Shown: positions 1-10,212, counted from the first letter of the stretch. The stretch is 64,000 nt of DNA from an uncultured Candidatus Rokubacteria bacterium (GCA_963754315.1 CAVWFS010000019.1:576001-640000); one strand, 5' to 3'. Notes: a model not told the origin generated them from the sequence alone. A program made the numbers and translations.

Positions 1-294
1 TGGCTCCGGGAGACCGCCGAGGCCGCCCTGACGCACGACTTTGGCTACTATCTACTCAGCGTCGGTCTTGCCCACAGTCACCGGGCGCACGGGCCGGGCG
101 GCATCGTGCCCGCGCACCTCATGGTGGGCGCCATGAGCCTCGCTCAGACGTCCTTGGCCCAGCTTTTCGCATCTGAGCTCGACGATGCGCACGAGGCGCT
201 GGCGGCGAGCATCGCCTGGAACAAGCTGCTGCTGGTGCATCTCAACGTCCTGCTTCTGGGGTACCTCGGCTCGCGCGAGAAGCGGCCCGCTTGA
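1..294 (+). CDS. Protoglobin-like globin, C-terminal part (5' end outside window)
   Basis: Frame 1 is open from base 1: WLRETAE...YYLLSVGLAHSH...VPAHLMVGAM...AWNKLLLVHL; the GLxH and AWxKLL patterns fit protoglobin/globin-sensor domains. Confidence 0.6.
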   Translation, partial: WLRETAEAALTHDFGYYLLSVGLAHSHRAHGPGGIVPAHLMVGAMSLAQTSLAQLFASELDDAHEALAASIAWNKLLLVHLNVLLLGYLGSREKRPA

Positions 295-362
295 CGCGCT
301 CGGCGCTTGCGTCTAGCTTCGGAGCCTGACGGGCAGGTCACCCGGCGAGAGAGGAGCCGCGC

Positions 363-1265
363 ATGGCGGACTGGACACCCCCCACCCAGGGGCGCGTCGA
401 AGCCTACTTCAAGGAGCTGAACAACTGGGGCCGCTGGAGTGACGCCGACCAGCTTGGAACGGTCAACCTGATCACGCCGGCCAAGCGGGCGGCGGCCCGG
501 GCTCTCGTGCGCACCGGCCGGACGGTCTCCCTCGCGCGCGACATCGGCCCCCAGCCGGCGCTGATGTATCACACCACCTTCCCCTCCAACCGCGAGCGCG
601 CCGATGTGGTGCTGGACCGCTTCGACCTCGTGTACCACGGCTTTTCCATCACCCACATCGACGCCCTCTGCCACGTGGCCTGGGACGGCCAGCTCTATAA
701 CGGCCGCCCTTTCATGCAGAGCCTGACCGCGGCCGGCGCCACCTGGTGCCCCATCGACCCGCTCTTCGACGGCATCACCACGCGCGGCGTTCTTCTCGAC
801 GTCGCCGCCGCTCGGCCGGAGGGGCATGTCACGGTGGGGCATCCGGTGACACCCAAGGAACTGGACGCCGCTGCCGCCCGGGCAGGCGTGAAGGTGGAGC
901 CGGGCGACGTGGTGGTCGTCCGCAGCGGCGATGCCGCCTTCCGTCAGGCCCATCCCGACTGGGTGCCGCGAGTCTCACCACATCCCGGCCTGCACCTGTC
1001 CTGTCTCGAGTGGTTTCGCGAGAAGGATATCGCCGCCATCTCGTGGGACATGATGGACGAGCGCCCCATCGGATACGCTGGCTTCGGCATGGGTGTGCAC
1101 CTGGCCATCCCCTTTCTCGGGCTTGCGCTTGTCGACAACACCAATCCGGACCGGTTGGCCCAGGCCTGCCAGGAAGAAGGGCGCTACGAGTTTCTCTTCA
1201 CGGCAACCCCGATCCGACTGGTGGGCAGCACGGGCGCGCCGGCGCATCCGCTGGCGATCTTCTAA
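363..1265 (+). CDS. Cyclase family (kynurenine formamidase-like) metallohydrolase
   Basis: NNWGRW..DQLGTVNLIT, HGFSITHIDALCH, GITTRGVLLDV, GDVVVVRSG motifs; GAGGAG RBS upstream. Confidence 0.88.
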   Translation: MADWTPPTQGRVEAYFKELNNWGRWSDADQLGTVNLITPAKRAAARALVRTGRTVSLARDIGPQPALMYHTTFPSNRERADVVLDRFDLVYHGFSITHIDALCHVAWDGQLYNGRPFMQSLTAAGATWCPIDPLFDGITTRGVLLDVAAARPEGHVTVGHPVTPKELDAAAARAGVKVEPGDVVVVRSGDAAFRQAHPDWVPRVSPHPGLHLSCLEWFREKDIAAISWDMMDERPIGYAGFGMGVHLAIPFLGLALVDNTNPDRLAQACQEEGRYEFLFTATPIRLVGSTGAPAHPLAIF

Positions 1266-1285
1266 CCCACTGGCCGTCGAGCTTG

Positions 1286-2338
1286 GTGAGTGGAGGCCTG
1301 ACCCCGCGCGAGCACGTTCCGCTTGCCCCTCGCTGCTCGATGGGCGTGGGTGGGCCGGCCCGCTATTTCGTCGAGGCTCACGACGAGGCCACGGTCCGGG
1401 AGGCGCTCGCATGGGCACGGGCGAGGGGGCAGGCGCTTCGCATTCTCGGAGGTGGTACCAATCTGCTCGTCACCGATGAAGGGGTGGACGGGCTCGTGCT
1501 GGCCGTCGACCTGCGAGGTATGAGTGTCCACACTACCGACGAGGCGGTCGAGCTGACGGCCGGAGCGGGCGAGCCCTGGGACGACCTCGTTCGCCTCACG
1601 GTGGAGCGAGGGTGGGCGGGCCTCGAATGTCTCAGTGGCATTCCGGGACTCGTCGGCGCTACCCCGATCCAGAACGTCGGCGCTTACGGTCAGGAGGTCA
1701 GCGAGACGGTGGTGAGCGTGCGAGCGCTCGACACCCACGACGGAGCGGTGCACGCCCTTTCACCCGCCGAGTGCGGCTTTGCATATCGCGATAGCGTCTT
1801 CAAGAGTGGCGCGCCCGGACGCTGGGTCGTTCTCGCGGTACGTTATCGGCTCCGCCCCGGGGGGGCACCGACTGTCCGGTATCCGGAAGTGGAGCAGCAC
1901 CTGGCAGCCCGAGGACTCGCGACGGCGTCGCTGGCCGATGTGCGGGCGAGCGTGCTCGCCATCCGGCGCGCAAAGTCGATGGTGCTCGATCCAGACGACG
2001 TCAACCGGCGAAGTTGCGGCTCGTTCTTCGTGAACCCCATCGTCTCCGCCGAGCACGCTGACCGGCTGACGGCGCTCGGGCTCGAGCCACCGATGCCGCG
2101 TTGGCCACAGGCCGACGGCCGCGTGAAACTCTCGGCCGCCTGGCTGATCGAGCGGGCGGGCTTTCCGCGCGGGTACCGGAAGGGGTCGACCGGGCTGTCC
2201 ACTCGCCATGCTCTCGCCATCGTGGCCCACGACGGCGCGCGAGCCCGCGATATCCGGGCTCTCGCCAGGCGCCTCCAGGAAGGCATACGGACCCGCTTCG
2301 GAGTCGCCCTCGTACCGGAGCCGGTCTTCTGGAGTTAG
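1286..2338 (+). CDS. murB: UDP-N-acetylenolpyruvoylglucosamine reductase
   Basis: GGGTNLL, GLECLSGIPGLVGATPIQNVGAYGQE, FAYRDSVFK, GSFFVNP, KLSAAWLIE, final EP motif; start taken as in-frame GTG 1286. Confidence 0.95.
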   Translation: MSGGLTPREHVPLAPRCSMGVGGPARYFVEAHDEATVREALAWARARGQALRILGGGTNLLVTDEGVDGLVLAVDLRGMSVHTTDEAVELTAGAGEPWDDLVRLTVERGWAGLECLSGIPGLVGATPIQNVGAYGQEVSETVVSVRALDTHDGAVHALSPAECGFAYRDSVFKSGAPGRWVVLAVRYRLRPGGAPTVRYPEVEQHLAARGLATASLADVRASVLAIRRAKSMVLDPDDVNRRSCGSFFVNPIVSAEHADRLTALGLEPPMPRWPQADGRVKLSAAWLIERAGFPRGYRKGSTGLSTRHALAIVAHDGARARDIRALARRLQEGIRTRFGVALVPEPVFWS

Positions 2339-2395
2339 AGCCCAGAAGGTGCGAATCGGACCAGGCGCCCCGGGCGTCCGCGACAGGAGGCGGTC

Positions 2396-2917
2396 ATGCA
2401 GGAATCGACGCACGAGCAGGACGGCGAGGTCACCAGGTCTACCGCGGGCGACGTGACGGCGCGCGCCGTCACCATACGCCAGGGCGGTGCCAGATCGATC
2501 TCCGCCGAGCGAGTCGACATTCGACAAGGTGGAGCGGCCCGTCTGCAAGCTGGGCGCGTCAAGATCATTCAGGGCGGCATCGGGCTCGCGTCCGCCAAGC
2601 GCATTCACGTTACGGCGGGAAGCGTGGGCGCGGCCCTCGGTGACCGGACGATACTCGCCCAGACGGCAACGTCCATCGCGGCGGCGCGGAAGACGGCGAG
2701 CCTCGAGCAGTCAGCTGCCGGCGTAGTGGTGGGGCAATCCGTGAGCGTGCGCGACAGCGCCATAGGCCTCGTCGTCGCGAAGCACCTGGAGGGTAGCAAC
2801 GTGCGGGTCATGATGGACGTTCGGGGCGCGCTGGCCTTCGGCGCCAGCCTGGGCGCGGTACTCGCGCTGATGGGGCTGTGGGGCCGCCGCACCCGACGCG
2901 CAGGAGGCCGGATATGA
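2396..2917 (+). CDS. Hypothetical protein with ~15-aa beta-solenoid-like repeats and C-terminal membrane anchor
   Basis: AGGAGG RBS; repeats VTIRQGGA/VDIRQGGA/VKIIQGGI; hydrophobic C-terminal helix followed by basic tail; stop overlaps next ATG (ATGA). Confidence 0.7.
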   Translation: MQESTHEQDGEVTRSTAGDVTARAVTIRQGGARSISAERVDIRQGGAARLQAGRVKIIQGGIGLASAKRIHVTAGSVGAALGDRTILAQTATSIAAARKTASLEQSAAGVVVGQSVSVRDSAIGLVVAKHLEGSNVRVMMDVRGALAFGASLGAVLALMGLWGRRTRRAGGRI

Positions 2918-4033
2918 AGGTCCTCGACTTGACCCGTGCCCTCTTGCACTACAACACCATCAACCCCCCGGGGGAGGAGCAAGCCTGCGCCCGGCACGTG
3001 GGGCGAATCCTGGAGGATGCGGGGTTCACCGTCAAGGAATACGAGTTTGCCGAGCGCCGCACCAGCCTGGTGGCCAGGCTGGGGGGCACGGGAGACGCTC
3101 GGCCGCTGTGCTTCACCGGACATCTCGACGTGGTGCCGCTGGGCGCACGGACCTGGACACGCGATGCCTTCGCGGGTGAAATCGACGACGGCCGACTCTA
3201 CGGACGCGGCTCGAGCGACATGAAAAGCGGCGTGGCCGCCTTCGTCATCGCTCTCACGCAGCTCGCCCGCCATCTGCGCACCTCTCGAGGCGTGGTCCTG
3301 GTGCTCACCGCAGGCGAGGAGACCTTCTGCGACGGCGCGCGTCACCTGGCCCAGCTGGATGGGGCCCTCGGCCAGGTCGGCGCGCTGGTCGTGGCCGAGC
3401 CGACCTGCAACTATCCGTTCGTCGGTCACAAGGGCGCTCTCTGGCTACTTGGCCGGACCAGCGGTGTGACCGCGCACGGCTCGATGCCCGAGCGCGGCGT
3501 CAACGCCGTCTACAAGGCCGCCCGGGCGGTCCTGCAGCTGGAGCGCTTCGGCTTCGACGTCGCGCCGCACCCGGTCCTGGGCGCCCCGACCCTCAACGTG
3601 GGAACCCTGCAAGGCGGCCTCAACGTCAATTCCGTTCCCGACTCGGCCGAGATCGGTATCGACATCAGGACGATCCCCGGGCAGAGACACGGCGCCTTGC
3701 TGCAACGGCTGACGGAGTATCTCGGAGACGTGGCCACCCTGGAGAACGTGTCCGACGCCGAGGGTGTGTGGACAGATCCCGGCGATCCGTGGATCCAGTC
3801 CGTGTATGACATGGTGGCACCCGTCATCGGTGAACGCCCGGTCGCTCGCGCCGCGCCCTACTTCACCGACGCGGCGGCCCTCGTCCCCGCCTATGGCGGG
3901 ATCCCCGCGGTCATCCTTGGCCCGGGCGAGCTAGCGCTCGCCCATCAGACCGACGAGTACTGCGAGGTCGAACGCATGGCACAAGCCGTGGATCTCTTCA
4001 CCGAGATCACCCAGCCGCTGGTGCAAGTTGTAG
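2914..4033 (+). CDS. M20 family metallopeptidase (ArgE/DapE-like)
   Basis: GHLDVVP, LYGRGSSDMKSG, GEE, AEPT, AHQTDEY motifs. As sequenced the ORF runs to 4179 into the repeat array; removing one base near 4015 gives ...ITQRWCKL* at TAG 4031-4033. Confidence 0.88.
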
Positions 4034-4041
4034 CCGCCCGC

Positions 4042-4338
4042 CCCGAGCGCCGGGGGGCCTGGGGGCCCTCTCGAGGCCCCGGCAGCTGGCGTGATCCCGA
4101 GGGGCGGCCCGGGTTCCCCGGGCTGTCCCGAGCGCGGGGGGCCAGGGGGGCCCTCTCGAGGCCCCGGCAGCTGGCGTGATCCCGAGGGGCGGCCCGGGTT
4201 CCCCGGGCTGTCCCGAGCGTCGGGGGGCTTGGGGGCCCTCTCGAGGCCCCAGCAGCTGGCGTGATCCCGAGGGGCGGCCCGGGTTCCCCGGGCTGTCCCG
4301 AGCGCGGGGGGCTTGGGGGGCCCTTTCGAGGCCCCCCA
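4042..4338. repeat. Tandem array of 85-bp palindromic REP/BIME-like units (3 full + 1 partial)
   Basis: Units begin CCCGAGCG at 4042, 4127, 4212, 4297; each full unit contains the GGGGCC-N7-GGCCCC hairpin and the GGGGCGGCCCGGG-TTC-CCCGGGCTGTCCC hairpin; lies between convergent genes. Confidence 0.95.
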
Positions 4339-4343
4339 CATGG

Positions 4344-5147
4344 TCAATCCCCGAGGACGCGCCGGCGCAGGAGGCGAAGGTCGGTCGGTACCAGAATGGC
4401 CAGCATCGCGGCTGACAGTACCGCGAGGGCGCCGAGGTGGGCGGCCACGGGCCCGCCGATGAGAAGGCCGCGGGCGACCTGGGCAAGATGATAGAGCGGA
4501 TTGACGACGCTCAGCGCGACGAGCACCGGATGCTCGAGCGGGAAATACGTCGCCGACATGAAGCCCATGGGCAACACGAGGAGGAAGATGGGCAGGTTCA
4601 TGTGATCGATCGTGGGCAGCACGGCCGTGAAGCAAAGCCCGAGGGCTGCGAAGGCGCACCCCGCCACGAAGACGATGGGAAGCAAGGAGGGCAGCACCCA
4701 CACCTTCATGGCGATCAATCCCCCGGCACTGAAAAGGGCCAGCACCAGCCCGACCATGACGACGTACATGGTGGCCAGCAGCCCCGCCCACAGCACCTCG
4801 CCCCACACGACGTGGACCAGCTCGATCTGCGTGGTCAGCTGACCTTCCCATGTGCGCTGGTAGCGCATCCTGATGAAGGCGCCGAAGAGCGACTGGAAGA
4901 TCGCCGTCATGAATGTCGCGTAGGCGAGCAGTCCCGGCGCCACGTAGGTGAGGTAGCCGACTTCGCGCCCGTACCACGGAAGACTCGCCACGTAGCCCCC
5001 GAGGCCGACCCCGAACGCGATGAGCATGGTCACCGGCTCCAGGGCCGGCGGCAGAAAGGCGGTGTGCCAGTTCCGGAGATAGACGCGCAGGTGCCGAGTG
5101 ACGACGGCGCGGCTCTGCCACTCGAGAGCCGCCGTCAGCCAGCGCAT
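4344..5147 (-). CDS. ABC-2 type exporter permease (NodJ-like)
   Basis: YLTYVAPGLLA, RMRYQRTWEGQLTT, six hydrophobic segments, NPLYHL. Confidence 0.88.
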   Translation of the reverse strand: MRWLTAALEWQSRAVVTRHLRVYLRNWHTAFLPPALEPVTMLIAFGVGLGGYVASLPWYGREVGYLTYVAPGLLAYATFMTAIFQSLFGAFIRMRYQRTWEGQLTTQIELVHVVWGEVLWAGLLATMYVVMVGLVLALFSAGGLIAMKVWVLPSLLPIVFVAGCAFAALGLCFTAVLPTIDHMNLPIFLLVLPMGFMSATYFPLEHPVLVALSVVNPLYHLAQVARGLLIGGPVAAHLGALAVLSAAMLAILVPTDLRLLRRRVLGD

Positions 5148-6046
5148 GGGTCGAGGGCGAGCTTGAGAAACAGATCATCCAGGGTGGGCACACGCACCTC
5201 ATAGCGCAAGGCCGGAAAGGCGCGCGCGAAATCCGCCAGCTCGTCGGCGGAGAGGGGCACGTGCCAGGCGCCCAGTACGCTGGCCGGCTCCCCTCGACCA
5301 TGGCGGGCGAGCCACACGAGTACCTCGCGTCCGGCCGCCGCCTCCACCACCACGACGTGCTCGCCCACCAGATCCCCGAGCACCGCCTTCGCGGTGCCGA
5401 GCGCGACCACGCGCCCGCGGGCGAGCACGGTGAGGGAATCGCTCAGTCGCTCCGCCTCGTCCATGTAGTGCGTGGTGAGGATGATCCCGAGACCGTCCGT
5501 TCGCAGGCCATTGACGAGGTCCCACACGCCCATGCGGGCCTGCGGATCGAGGCCGGTGGTGGGCTCGTCCAGAAAGAGCAACCGGGGACGATGCACGATG
5601 GCGCGCGCGATCATGAGGCGGCGCCGGTAGCCACCCGAGAGGGTCTCCGGTTTCTGACGCGCATGCGGGCGGAGATCGAACCGATCGAGCAAGTCGGCCA
5701 CCCGCCGGCTCAGCTCGGGTGGGCGGGGCCGAAAGTAGCTCGCGGCGATCGTCAGGTTCTGCTCGACCGTGAAGTCACCGTCGAACGTGTCGTCCTGGGT
5801 ACAGACTCCGATCGAGCGCTTCGCGCGCGCCAGATCGCGCGAGAGCTCGACACCATCCACGTGGATCTGCCCGGCGTCGGGCCGGAGAAAGCCATAGAGC
5901 ATGCGGAGCGTGGTCGTCTTGCCAGCCCCGTTGGGGCCGAGCAGGCCGAGGATCTGCCCCGCCTGGCAGACGAGATCGACACCGTCGACCACGCGCCGTC
6001 CTCCGAGGTGTTTGACCAGCCCACGGGCCTCGAGCAGCACGGGCAT
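5135..6046 (-). CDS. ABC exporter ATP-binding protein (NodI/DrrA-like)
   Basis: Walker A GPNGAGKTT, LSGG signature, LFLDEPTTGLDPQAR, TTHYMDEAE. Confidence 0.93.
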   Translation of the reverse strand: MPVLLEARGLVKHLGGRRVVDGVDLVCQAGQILGLLGPNGAGKTTTLRMLYGFLRPDAGQIHVDGVELSRDLARAKRSIGVCTQDDTFDGDFTVEQNLTIAASYFRPRPPELSRRVADLLDRFDLRPHARQKPETLSGGYRRRLMIARAIVHRPRLLFLDEPTTGLDPQARMGVWDLVNGLRTDGLGIILTTHYMDEAERLSDSLTVLARGRVVALGTAKAVLGDLVGEHVVVVEAAAGREVLVWLARHGRGEPASVLGAWHVPLSADELADFARAFPALRYEVRVPTLDDLFLKLALDPCAG

Positions 6047-6077
6047 AGGTCTTCGATTGTACTGGGACGGTAGGGTC

Positions 6078-7689
6078 TCAGGATCCTGAGAAGCGCTCCT
6101 GCGCCTGCGCGCGCAACTTCACCTTCTGGATCTTGCCCGAGCCCGTCATGGGAAACTCGTCGACGATGACCACCTGGCGGGGAATCTTGAAGCTGGCGAT
6201 CTGGCCACGACAAAAATCGATGAGCTCGCGCTCCGCCACCCGAGCGCCTGGCTCGAGTCGCACGAAGGCTACTCCGACCTCGGCAAGGAGCGGATCGGTC
6301 AGGCCGACCACGGCGGCCAGATTGACGGCGGGATGGCCCATCAAGAAGGCCTCGACCTCCATGGGGTCGACGTTCTCGCCGCCGATCTTGAGCATGTCTT
6401 TGTAGCGCCCCATGAAGCGCAGGTGGCCGTCGGGCCGGATGATCCCCATGTCACCGGTGTGCACCCAGCCCGCTTCGTCGATGGTTCGCGCCGTCTCCTC
6501 CTCATTGCCGAAGTACCCTCGCATGGTGAGGTAACTTCGGACGAGGATTTCGCCGGGGCTTCCGGCCGGCTGGTCATGCCCGGTGTCGGGATCGATCACC
6601 CTGATCTCGTAGCCGGGCGCAGGGTAGCCGGAGGCCTCCACGCACTGCTCCTCGGTGGAATCGAGGAAGCTCAGGGACGCCCCCACCCCGAACTCGCTCA
6701 TGCCGTAGCCGGAGAGCAGGGGCCCAAAGATCTGACGGGCCCGGCGCGCGATTGGCACCGAGCTGGACATGCCGGTGGCGAGGATGCCGGTGCGTACGCT
6801 CGAAATGTCGCGCGGGCTCCGAGCCTGAGCCTCCAACAATTCCTGGAAGTGCGTGTCGAAGCCGTGAACAATGGTCGCTTGCTCGGCCTCGAGCAACGTC
6901 AGGCTCTCGGAGGCGTCGAAGGTCTCGGTGAGCACCTGACGCGCTCCGGTTGTCATCGACATCAGCGCACCCTCGGAGAAACCGAACAGATGGAAGAGAG
7001 GCAGGTACATGAGGATGGTGTCGGCCGGGGTGATTCCCATGCGGTTGGCCCGATCGATCACGTTCCGCACGATGGCGTGAGCATGCATGACACCTTTGGG
7101 AAACCCGGTCGTTCCCGAGGTGTAGGGCAAGAAGGCCAGGTCGTCGGGATCGACCGCTGCCGCCCGCTCCTGGAGCTGAGCTGCGGCTCATGCGGTCACC
7201 GTCGGCAAGCATGGTGGTCCACGGTACGGCCCGGACGGGCGAGGCCTCCACGTCCTGATCCCCTCCTAGCACGACCAGTCGCCGCAGGCGTGGCAGAGTC
7301 CCCTTCAGCTCGCGCACCATGGCCAGATAGTCGATGGGCCCCGAGCGCGCGACGATGAGCAAGGTCTGCGCCTCCGAGTGGCGCAGGATGTAGCCGACGT
7401 CACTCGTGCGTAGCCGCGTATTGACGGGAACGAGCACGGCTCCCACCTTCATCGTCGCGAACATCGCCTCGATCCACTCCGGACGGTTGAGCATCCAGAG
7501 GGCAACCTTCTCCCCGGGCTCGATCCCGAGCGCCATCAGGCCCCGCGCCGTGCGATCGACACCCTCGGAGATCTCGGCGAACGTCCAGCGGCGTCCCTGG
7601 AAGAGGAGCGCTTCCCGGTCGCCCCAGCGCCGACAGGCTCGTTCCGGCAGCGAGCCGATGGTCTGCTTCTCGAACCAGATGCGCTCCAT
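6078..7689 (-). pseudogene. Acyl-CoA synthetase (AMP-binding), frameshifted as sequenced
   Basis: N-half in ORF 6574..7689 (MERIWFEK...), C-half in ORF 6078..7130 (YTSGTTGFPKG, GYGMSE, HTGDMG, GKIQK); frame switch at about 7140-7190. Confidence 0.88.
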
Positions 7690-7736
7690 GCCTCCCCTCC
7701 CCGAGTTCGCACTCCTTGCCGCGATATACTGCCTTA

Positions 7737-8780
7737 ATGACGACCGTCCTGCGCAAGCCCGAGTCCGGTGGTATCGACTATCCCTGGCCGGAGCCCCCGC
7801 CGCTCGGGGGCACCATCACCGTGGCGCCGGGAATCAAGTGGCTCCGCATGCCGCTCCCCTTCCGGCTCGATCACATCAACCTCTACCTGCTCGAGGACGA
7901 CAAGGGCTGGACGGTGGTCGACGCCGGCATCGGGCTCGACCGCACGCGCGAGCTCTGGCAGGGGGTCCTCGACGGTGCGCTGGACGGGAAGCCAGTGACC
8001 CGGGTGATCGTCACCCACTTCCATCCGGATCACATGGGCAACGCGCACTGGCTGACCGAACGCTGTGGCATCGACCTCTGGTGTAGCCAGGCGGAGTGGC
8101 TCATGGCGCAGCTGGCGTGGCGCACCGGGGGCGACCTCGACAAGCGGCTCGCGCACTACGCGCGCAACGGGGCGAGCGAAACCCACCTCGCGCTGCTGCG
8201 GGAGCGCGGGCAGCACTACCTGAAGGTGGTGCCATCGGTAGCGCCGACGTTCTACGGCGTCCGCGACGGCGATACGCTCACGACTGGCGAGCGTACGTGG
8301 GAGGCGCTGACCGTCTTTGGCCACTCCCCCGAGCAGGTGGTCCTCAATTCCCGCGAGGGAGGGATCCTCATCTCGGGTGACCAGATCCTGCCCAAGATCA
8401 CGACCAACGTGAGCGTCTGGCCCGACCAGCCGCTCGGCAATCCGCTGCGCCTGTATCTGGGCTCGCTCGAGCGCTTCCGGGGTATCGCCGACGAGACCCT
8501 CGTGCTCCCGTCGCACGGACTCCCGTTTCGCGGCCTTCAGACCCGGCTGGCCCGGCTGCACGCGCACCATGACGAGCGCCTGGCCCGTGCCCTGGAAGGA
8601 CTACGCGAGCCCCAGACAGGCGCCGACGTGCTGCCTATCCTCTTCTCCCGCGACCTCGACGCGCATCAGTTCGGCTTCGCCTTCGGCGAAACGCTCGCCC
8701 ACCTGCACTACCTCGAGTGGCAGGGACGCGCCCTGCGCGTGAACGGCGAGGACGGCCGCCACCGCTTCCAGCGGATCTAG
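7737..8780 (+). CDS. MBL-fold metallo-hydrolase with C-terminal winged-helix-like extension
   Basis: THFHPDHMG, GHSPEQ, SGDQILP, LPSHG, ETLAHLHYL. Confidence 0.92.
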   Translation: MTTVLRKPESGGIDYPWPEPPPLGGTITVAPGIKWLRMPLPFRLDHINLYLLEDDKGWTVVDAGIGLDRTRELWQGVLDGALDGKPVTRVIVTHFHPDHMGNAHWLTERCGIDLWCSQAEWLMAQLAWRTGGDLDKRLAHYARNGASETHLALLRERGQHYLKVVPSVAPTFYGVRDGDTLTTGERTWEALTVFGHSPEQVVLNSREGGILISGDQILPKITTNVSVWPDQPLGNPLRLYLGSLERFRGIADETLVLPSHGLPFRGLQTRLARLHAHHDERLARALEGLREPQTGADVLPILFSRDLDAHQFGFAFGETLAHLHYLEWQGRALRVNGEDGRHRFQRI

Positions 8781-8792
8781 TCCGACCCTCCG

Positions 8793-9197
8793 TCAGAAGG
8801 GGCCGAGGCGCAGGAACAGGCTCAACAGGGCGCCGATTCCGATCAGCTGGATCAACCCGGCGGTGATGAGCGCCAGCGAGGGGGGAAACCTGTGATGCGC
8901 TCGCTTGCTCAGCCCTCGCAGGAACTGCCAGTGCTGGACGGTGGCGGGCACGAGCAAGAGCACGCCCAATACAACCATGACCCGACCCAGGTTCAATGGG
9001 CCGTGGCGGATCCCGACACCGACCGTGGATTCGCCGAGATACTGGAAGAACTTGTAGATCGTGAACCCGAAGCTGATCATCGACAGCGAGGTCCGGATCC
9101 ACGCCATCAGCGTGCGCTCGGCGGCCAGCCGCGAGCGCTCAAAGGCGAGGTCAGTACCGGTATCCAGGGGGGCCTCCGCCTGCTTTGGTCCGGCCAT
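8793..9197 (-). CDS. DUF202 (YidH-like) membrane protein
   Basis: LAFERSRLAAERTLMAWIRTSLSMISFGF motif, three TM segments, GAGAGG RBS. Confidence 0.88.
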   Translation of the reverse strand: MAGPKQAEAPLDTGTDLAFERSRLAAERTLMAWIRTSLSMISFGFTIYKFFQYLGESTVGVGIRHGPLNLGRVMVVLGVLLLVPATVQHWQFLRGLSKRAHHRFPPSLALITAGLIQLIGIGALLSLFLRLGPF

Positions 9198-9224
9198 TTT
9201 CCTCTCTCCCCTGTCGCGTGTCCG

Positions 9225-9782
9225 TCAACTCGCTCCCGCGGGGCCGTGCCCTCCCTCCTGCCGGAGGTCGGCATGCGACGAGGAGGCCCGGCTCACGAGC
9301 AGGCGCCGGAGCGTGCCTTCGCCCAGCCGGCGATCAATTCCCGCGTAGAGGTGATACCCCGCAAAGGTCAGGCCGACACAGATCACCTTGGCGAGGATCA
9401 CGTTTCGGTCCCGGTGCGCCCACACTTCCGTCATGGCCCTTTCGAGTCCGCCCGTTGCGCGATAGGCGTGGAAGAGCTGCTCCGCCAACAGGAATCCGAA
9501 CGCCACCGCACCGTAGACCAGCGTCTTGTATGTGACTGCCGTGGCCAGCGGCTGGCTGGCGTCGAAGCGGGTGCCGGCGCGCGTGTGGTCCAAGGTCACC
9601 ACGATTTTGGCGGCGATGAGGGCGCTGACCACCGCCGTGGACAGAGCATAGACCTTGATCTGATAGTCTTCGAGGAAGAGCTTTTTCAGGGTGAGAATGA
9701 TGCCGAAGCAAAACAGGAAATAGAGCGTCACCAAACCCACCGCCTTGAGCTCGCGTCCGATCACCGCGCGCCAATTCCCCAA
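9225..9782 (-). CDS. Hypothetical membrane protein
   Basis: Four hydrophobic segments; co-oriented with the DUF202 gene; start uncertain. Confidence 0.65.
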   Translation of the reverse strand: MGNWRAVIGRELKAVGLVTLYFLFCFGIILTLKKLFLEDYQIKVYALSTAVVSALIAAKIVVTLDHTRAGTRFDASQPLATAVTYKTLVYGAVAFGFLLAEQLFHAYRATGGLERAMTEVWAHRDRNVILAKVICVGLTFAGYHLYAGIDRRLGEGTLRRLLVSRASSSHADLRQEGGHGPAGAS

Positions 9783-10212
9783 CCTCGAACTCGCTTTCTC
9801 CCGGCGACCGGTCAGTCAGCACGATCGCCGGCAAAGGAAGTGCCACAGTTGTGCCAAGGGTATCTTTACCATCTCGACGCCATGCACACGTAGCTTTCCC
9901 GACATCAACAGTACCCGATCGTGCAGGCGTCGCACCACCGTGCCGCGATACGCCGGTCCGAGCTGCCCGACGTGGATTCCCGGGTCAGGTCGACGAGTTA
10001 CGCGGGCAACTAGGGATCTCGAGGCGAGCGTCGATGACGTCGTGGGCGGACCGCGATAGTATTTCTATTGCGTGATGCTTCCCGTCGGGTCGGATGCACG
10101 GCCGATCCACTCAAGACGGGAGGCCACGCGGAGGAGGCGCACCATGAGAATGCACGTCGGAGCGGACGCCCATGCCGGGCACACAGGGAGTGGCCGAACG
10201 ATCACACAAGCG

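Noticed and set aside
363..1265. Cyclase as kynurenine formamidase feeding the NadC cluster
   Set aside because: About 28 kb away, in a broad family with many paralogues; no kynA or kynU in the window
4042..4338. CRISPR array
   Set aside because: Whole units are near-identical with no unique spacers, and no cas genes are present
3931..5301. 456-aa ORF and other ORFs crossing the repeat array
   Set aside because: Low-complexity translations of GC-rich repeats overlapping the real ABC permease
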